From Acidothermales bacterium (lineage in GTDB: Bacteria; Actinomycetota; Actinomycetes; Streptosporangiales; WHST01), in contig JAFMQP010000001.1 in assembly GCA_017354575.1 (NCBI GenBank), forward strand, positions 1 to 28,473: a stretch of 28,473 nucleotides of DNA, given 5' to 3'. The notes beneath the pieces were generated by a model. It did not search any database, was not told the origin of the DNA, and saw only the letters and a program-made list of their open reading frames with translations. Both the position numbers and the translations under genes were made by a program. Below are positions 24,166 to 28,473 of this stretch, one piece after another; position 1 is the stretch's first letter, and the number at the start of each line of letters is the position of its first letter.

Positions 24166-25629
24166 ATGACGGCCACACGATCTGCCCCCGACATCGGCTC
24201 GCTGTTGCAGCGCAAGGTGCCCAGGCACACGAAGATCGGGCTGGTCGCCGGCGGGCTGGGGGCGTACTGGCCGCAGTTCCCCGACCTGCTCCCCCAGCTA
24301 CGGCGTTCCGCCGACCGCGTGTCCGAACGGATGCGGGAGCTCGACTGCGAGGTCGTGGACGTCGGGTTCATCTCGGACGCGCAGGAGGGCGCGGCCGCCG
24401 CGGAACGCCTGCGCGCGGCCGGCTGCGACCTCATCGTCGCGTTCCTCGCCACGTACATGACCGCGACGATGCTCCTGCCGATCGCGCAACGCAACGGTGC
24501 GCCCGTGCTGCTGCTCAACCTGCAGCCGAGCGAGGCGATGGACCACGCGTCCTTCGACACCGGCGCGTGGCTCGCGTACTGCGGCGCGTGCCCGCTGCCG
24601 GAGATGGTGAACGCGTTCCGCCGCTGCGGCATCGAGACGCGCAGCGTCAGCGGCCACCTCGAGGAGCCGTCGGCGTGGGCGAAGATCGAGCGCTGGGTGC
24701 GCGCGGCCGGCATCCGCGGCGCGTTGCGGCACGGCAGGCACGGCCTGCTCGGGCACCTCTACCCGGGCATGCTGGACGTGTCGACCGACCTCACGCTCGT
24801 ACCGGCGCAGTTCGGCGGGCACATGGAGGTGCTGGAGATCGACGACGTGCGCGTGCGCGTCGAGCAGGTGAGCGACGCCGACGTCGACGCCCGCGTCGCA
24901 CTCGCGCGGGACGTCTTCACCGTGGCCGACAGCGTCGTGGAGGACGATCTGCGTTGGGCGGCAAGGGTTTCCGTCGCCCTCGACCGTCTGGTCGACGACT
25001 TCGAGCTGGACAGCCTGGCGTACTACCACCGCGGACTGGACGGCGAGACGCACGAGCGCGTCGGCGCCGGGCTGATCCTCGGCGCGTCGCTGCTCACCGC
25101 GCGCGGCATCCCGGCGGCGGGCGAGTACGAGCTGCGCACGTCGCTCGCGATGCTGATCCTCGACCGGCTCGGCGCCGGCGGCTCGTTCACCGAGTTCCAG
25201 GCGCTCAACTTCCGCGACGACGTGGTGGAGATGGGCCACGACGGCCCCGCGCACCTGGCCATCAGCGACGGGCGCCCGACGCTGCGCGGGCTCGGCGTCT
25301 ACCACGGCAAGCGCGGCTGGGGCGTGTCCGTCGAGCTCGACGTCAGGCACGGCCCGGTCACCACGTTCGGCATCGGCCAGGAGCGCGACGGACGGTTCCG
25401 GTTCGTGGTGTCGGAGGGCACCGTGGTGAGCGGACCGCTGCTGCAGATCGGCAACACCACCTCGCGCGTGACGTTCGGCCGTCACCCGGGCGAGTGGACC
25501 GACGAGTGGAGCGTCTCCGGCGTCGGCCACCACTGGGCGCTCGGCACCGGCCACCGCGCCGCCGAGCTCGCCGTCCTCGGCGAGCTGTGCGGCGTCGAGG
25601 TCGTCACCGTCCCCGGCGTGAGCACGTAG
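24166..25629 (+). CDS. L-fucose/L-arabinose isomerase family protein, 487 aa
   Basis: YWPQFPDL, GHLYPGMLDVSTD, SLAYYHRG, AGEYELRTS.AMLI, GGSFTEF, EMGHDGPAH, GNTTSRV.F and GVGHHWALGTGH. RBS GGAGGA. Confidence 0.88.
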   Translation: MTATRSAPDIGSLLQRKVPRHTKIGLVAGGLGAYWPQFPDLLPQLRRSADRVSERMRELDCEVVDVGFISDAQEGAAAAERLRAAGCDLIVAFLATYMTATMLLPIAQRNGAPVLLLNLQPSEAMDHASFDTGAWLAYCGACPLPEMVNAFRRCGIETRSVSGHLEEPSAWAKIERWVRAAGIRGALRHGRHGLLGHLYPGMLDVSTDLTLVPAQFGGHMEVLEIDDVRVRVEQVSDADVDARVALARDVFTVADSVVEDDLRWAARVSVALDRLVDDFELDSLAYYHRGLDGETHERVGAGLILGASLLTARGIPAAGEYELRTSLAMLILDRLGAGGSFTEFQALNFRDDVVEMGHDGPAHLAISDGRPTLRGLGVYHGKRGWGVSVELDVRHGPVTTFGIGQERDGRFRFVVSEGTVVSGPLLQIGNTTSRVTFGRHPGEWTDEWSVSGVGHHWALGTGHRAAELAVLGELCGVEVVTVPGVST

Positions 25630-25654
25630 GGCGCACGCTCACCGGCGGCGGCTG

Positions 25655-26386
25655 TCAGCGCTCCCGCTGCCTGCCGCGGTCCGCGGGACGCTCGGCGCGT
25701 GCGCCGCGTGCTGCCGCCCGGCCCCGGCCCAGTCTCGTCGACCGCGGGCGCGCGACGGACCGTTCCGCGTGAACGGTCCTCGTCAGGAGTGCCTCGGCCG
25801 CCTTCGCCGGAGACGCCTGCACCGCCTCCTCGCGGTCGAAGCGCTCGGCGGCGCGGCGGACGGCCGCCGCCTCCCGCGGACGCTGGTGCGCGAACTCCGC
25901 GACGCTCTCCTTGTCGGCGAGGTCGACCAACCGGAACCGGGGATTCCTGCGGGCCATCGCCTGCGCACGGTCGTAGACGTCGTGCTGCATCCTCGCGCCG
26001 TCCTTGACCACCCAGACGACGTCCCAGCCCTGACGCAGCATCGCGGCGTCCTTGCGCAGCTGCAGCAACCGATGCTCGCGATTCCCCCCGCCGACCTTGA
26101 ACTCCCACGCCAGGAAGGCGCGGCGGTTGCCGATGTCCTGGAATCGCTTGCCGAACCGGGTCGGCTGGTACCGCTCCTTCCGCCAGCCGTCGCGTTCCCG
26201 GTAGCCGAGCTCGTCGTAGGCGAGGTCGCGGAACCGGTTGCCCCGGCGTTGCAGCTCCTCGAAGTATGCGACCCGCCCGAGCCAGTCGGCACGGTCCCTC
26301 GGCGTCTCGCCGCGGGCGAGCTTGTGCGTGCGGTACGTTCGATAGCGCCGAACGACTTCCCGTGGAGACCACCCGCGCGGCGTCAT
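25655..26386 (-). CDS. Hypothetical protein with a predicted PD-(D/E)xK restriction-endonuclease fold (toxin-tip-like) and an Arg-rich tail, 243 aa
   Basis: GWRKE...GKRFQD (D at 26135-26137)...WEFK (26096-26104)...QLRKD..ML.QGWDVVWVV. ATG 26386 is 10 nt after the upstream stop. Confidence 0.65.
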   Translation of the reverse strand: MTPRGWSPREVVRRYRTYRTHKLARGETPRDRADWLGRVAYFEELQRRGNRFRDLAYDELGYRERDGWRKERYQPTRFGKRFQDIGNRRAFLAWEFKVGGGNREHRLLQLRKDAAMLRQGWDVVWVVKDGARMQHDVYDRAQAMARRNPRFRLVDLADKESVAEFAHQRPREAAAVRRAAERFDREEAVQASPAKAAEALLTRTVHAERSVARPRSTRLGRGRAAARGARAERPADRGRQRER

Positions 26387-26396
26387 CGTCAGGCGC

Positions 26397-26939
26397 TCAG
26401 GCCAGCGCCTCGTCGTCCTGCATCTGCTGCCAGACCGGCGGTTCCGGGCGTCCCGCACCGACCCAGGCGTCGTGGTCCTCCCGCTGGAACCGGTGGACGG
26501 CGGACCACTCCCCGCCGGTACGGCGCTGCACCGCCATCGTCAGCGCCCCGCCGACGTCGAAGTACTCCGGCGAGTAGGGCAGCGCCACCGCAGGCACCAG
26601 CCCGGTCGCACCGAGGTCGACGTACACCCAGGCGCCCTCGAACCGACGCACGAGCAGCTCGCCCAGGTACCGGCGGAACCCGTCGATGACATCCGCGCCG
26701 GCCTGCGCCGTCTCGGGATCCGCGGAGTCGGCGTCAGGAAACCGTTCCAGCGCCGCGGCCTCGGCGTGCCGAAGCCCTTCCTCCGACCACGGGTCGGCGG
26801 GCATGTCGGGGACGACGCGGTCGAAGAAGCCCGCCAGCGCGGCGTCCATGCCGGCCAGCCAGTCCCGCCACTCCGGGCGCTGCTGGAACGGCGCGATGCG
26901 GCGCTGCTCCTGCTCGTACGCCTCGGCGTAGTCGACCAC
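26397..26939 (-). CDS. Hypothetical acidic, Trp-rich protein, immunity/antitoxin-like, 180 aa
   Basis: Strong RBS GAGGAGGG (26952-26945) 5 nt before GTG 26939, so the start is moved from 27008. Motifs W..WL..M...L..FF...VP.MP.DPW, RYLGE..VRRFEGAW and RRTG..W. Confidence 0.75.
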   Translation of the reverse strand: MVDYAEAYEQEQRRIAPFQQRPEWRDWLAGMDAALAGFFDRVVPDMPADPWSEEGLRHAEAAALERFPDADSADPETAQAGADVIDGFRRYLGELLVRRFEGAWVYVDLGATGLVPAVALPYSPEYFDVGGALTMAVQRRTGGEWSAVHRFQREDHDAWVGAGRPEPPVWQQMQDDEALA

Positions 26940-26977
26940 GGGAACCCTCCTCGGCGCCTGAACCTCGGGTACCGGCA

Positions 26978-26986
26978 ACGTTAACG
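26978..26986 (-). promoter_or_regulatory. Putative -10 box (TAACGT) overlapped by the palindrome CGTTAACG, upstream of the two-gene operon
   Basis: ACGTTA at 26978-26983 on plus reads TAACGT on minus. CGTTAACG spans 26979-26986. No good -35 was seen. Confidence 0.35.
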
Positions 26987-27066
26987 GGCACGGCTCAGGA
27001 GCCGACACGCTCGAACGTGAACAGGTCGGAAACGGAGGGCGTCCCGGCGTGACCGGCGGCCCGCGG

Positions 27067-28473
27067 TCATGTCCCTGTCGGCCGCACCCCCGGGATCACG
27101 AACGTGGTGATGGACTGCGCCTTCAGCGTCGTACGGTAGGTGCCGCCCTGCCGCGCCTCGGCGGGCAGCTCGGCGAGGTTCTCTGTGCTCGACGTACGCC
27201 GCCGCAGCACGTCACCCGACGACGGCGTGAACCCGCTCAGGTCGAACGTGACGTCGCGGTTCGCGGTGCCGAGCTCGGTGTAGACGACGACCAACTGCCG
27301 GCGCCTGGCGTCGTACGCGGCGAACGCGTTCGCGTCGCCGACCCGGATCACGGTCGCGCCCGGCCGTACGTACTTCACGTAGTTGCCGTAGCCGTAGTAC
27401 TGCTTCGCGACGTAGAAGTCCTCCTGGCCCGGGGTGTAAGTCGCGTGCACGATGCCCCAGCAGGTGTTGCCGTCCCGGTTCGCCTCGATGCTCTCGATCG
27501 CGTTCCAGATGTTCCACGCCTCGGCCTGCAGGACGTTCAGGTCGAGCAGCATCGTCTTGGACAGGTTGAGCGCGTTGCTGATGTGCTGCGGCTGGTACCC
27601 GGCGTCGCCGGCCGTGCCGAACTCCGACATCCACAGCTTCGCCGGCAGCGCGCGTACGGCGTCGCGCAGGCCGGTACGTTCCTGGTTCCAGTACGAGTGC
27701 GTGTTCACCTGGCCGAGCAGCCGGGCCTCGTCACCGTAACTGGTGACCGAGTCGAGCCCGGCGCTCGCACCCGGCTCCTCGGGCATCGCGAGCCGGGTGT
27801 GGGCCGACAGCCCCTTGGCGTCCATCTTCCTGCGCATCGCGTCCAGCACCTGGGCCTGCATCGGCAACGAGAAGTGGCAACCCTCCTGCGTGCCGTTCGC
27901 CACCCACCAGTCAGCGATCGGCTCGTTGATCGGTGACAGCGAGCCGAACCTCGTTCCCCACCTGCGCGCGAACAGCACGGCGACGTCGGTGACATAGTCG
28001 GCGAAGTCGTCGACGTGTTCCGGCAGCAGGTTGTCGCCGCTGTCGGCCGCGCCACTCACGCAGCCGCTCCGCGTCCACCAGTAGTGCGGGCTGCAGACGA
28101 ACGCCTCGGTGCGTGTCGCCTCGCGCGCCAGCGCCTGCGCGAGCACCCAGCGCTGGCCGGCGTCCCGGGTGTAGTCCCACGTGCCCGGCTGCTCGGGCCA
28201 GAACGACGGGATGCTCGCACCCAGCCGCATGTGGTTGTGCGCCGGGTTCTCGGTGGCGCCGATGTTGTACCGCGCGATGTCGATGCCGAGACCGTCGGAG
28301 CCGAACAGCAGGTCGACGATCTGCGTGCGCTTCTCGACGTCCTGCCAGCCGCCGATCACGTTGGCGCCCCAGGACAGCGCGGTGCCCCAGCCCTCCATCG
28401 TCTGGTACCGCGTGCCGGGATCGACGGCGATGGGCGCGTCGGCCGCGCCCGCCCGGCGCGGCCCCGCCGCGAC
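27067..28473 (-). CDS. GH30 glycoside hydrolase (endo-beta-1,6-galactanase-like), 5' end outside the window
   Basis: IAVDP..RYQTMEGWGTALSWGAN, GLGIDIARYNIGA, acid/base SPINEP, QEGCHF, nucleophile LWMSEFG and KQYYGYGNYVKYVRPG. The frame is open to 28473 and shows the end of a signal-peptide-like Ala-rich segment. Confidence 0.85.
   Translation of the reverse strand, partial: VAAGPRRAGAADAPIAVDPGTRYQTMEGWGTALSWGANVIGGWQDVEKRTQIVDLLFGSDGLGIDIARYNIGATENPAHNHMRLGASIPSFWPEQPGTWDYTRDAGQRWVLAQALAREATRTEAFVCSPHYWWTRSGCVSGAADSGDNLLPEHVDDFADYVTDVAVLFARRWGTRFGSLSPINEPIADWWVANGTQEGCHFSLPMQAQVLDAMRRKMDAKGLSAHTRLAMPEEPGASAGLDSVTSYGDEARLLGQVNTHSYWNQERTGLRDAVRALPAKLWMSEFGTAGDAGYQPQHISNALNLSKTMLLDLNVLQAEAWNIWNAIESIEANRDGNTCWGIVHATYTPGQEDFYVAKQYYGYGNYVKYVRPGATVIRVGDANAFAAYDARRRQLVVVYTELGTANRDVTFDLSGFTPSSGDVLRRRTSSTENLAELPAEARQGGTYRTTLKAQSITTFVIPGVRPTGT

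Noticed and set aside
326-25772. Numerous long overlapping or antisense ORFs (for example 2102..3370, 6117..7760, 6599..8389, 15358..17091, 17088..18716, 23805..25772)
   Set aside because: They are shadows of well-supported genes: low-complexity R/A/P/G translations with no family motifs, expected because stop codons are rare in alternative frames at high GC.
25641-27060. 9-bp direct repeat ACCGGCGGC (25641-25649 and 27052-27060) flanking the nuclease cassette, as a possible target-site duplication
   Set aside because: It is a short GC-rich word likely to occur by chance here. There are no terminal inverted repeats, integrase or transposase. It would only matter if an empty site with a single copy exists in relatives.
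1-28473. CRISPR arrays, tRNA/rRNA, IS elements, prophage genes, programmed frameshifts
   Set aside because: I saw no regularly spaced repeats, structural RNA gene signatures, transposase, integrase or phage motifs, or split reading frames. A covariance-model scan (Infernal/Rfam, tRNAscan) would be needed to exclude small RNAs.

Overview
Very GC-rich actinobacterial chromosomal segment (GC by eye about 70%, not computed). It holds about 28 genes; I saw no rRNA, tRNA, CRISPR array or transposase. Left to right: (i) a secreted sulfatase; (ii) a cobalamin riboswitch upstream of full-length metE, with a second single-barrel MetE-like gene 2 kb downstream; (iii) between them a SnoaL gene and SAM methyltransferase abutting a decapitated SigG-like ECF sigma factor, probably a deletion scar; (iv) a probable general-stress island (DUF6098, DUF2795, PfpI, Rho_N-like protein, 88-aa ORF plus baeRF/Vms1-like release-factor homologue, enolase-superfamily enzyme plus DUF1360), with five promoters sharing G[N2]T/A-N15-GGGTA(G/T); (v) a DHA2 MFS exporter with a SigG-like promoter, an amidohydrolase and a VIT1/CCC1 transporter; (vi) a LacI-controlled sugar locus (MFS, 1249-aa GH106-like hydrolase, L-fucose/L-arabinose isomerase family) and a convergent GH30 galactanase-like gene cut by the window edge; (vii) between those sugar genes, an unannotated two-gene operon encoding an immunity-like protein followed by a stand-alone PD-(D/E)xK nuclease. 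This last pair is the best candidate for an undescribed system. All family calls come from motif recognition, not database searches.
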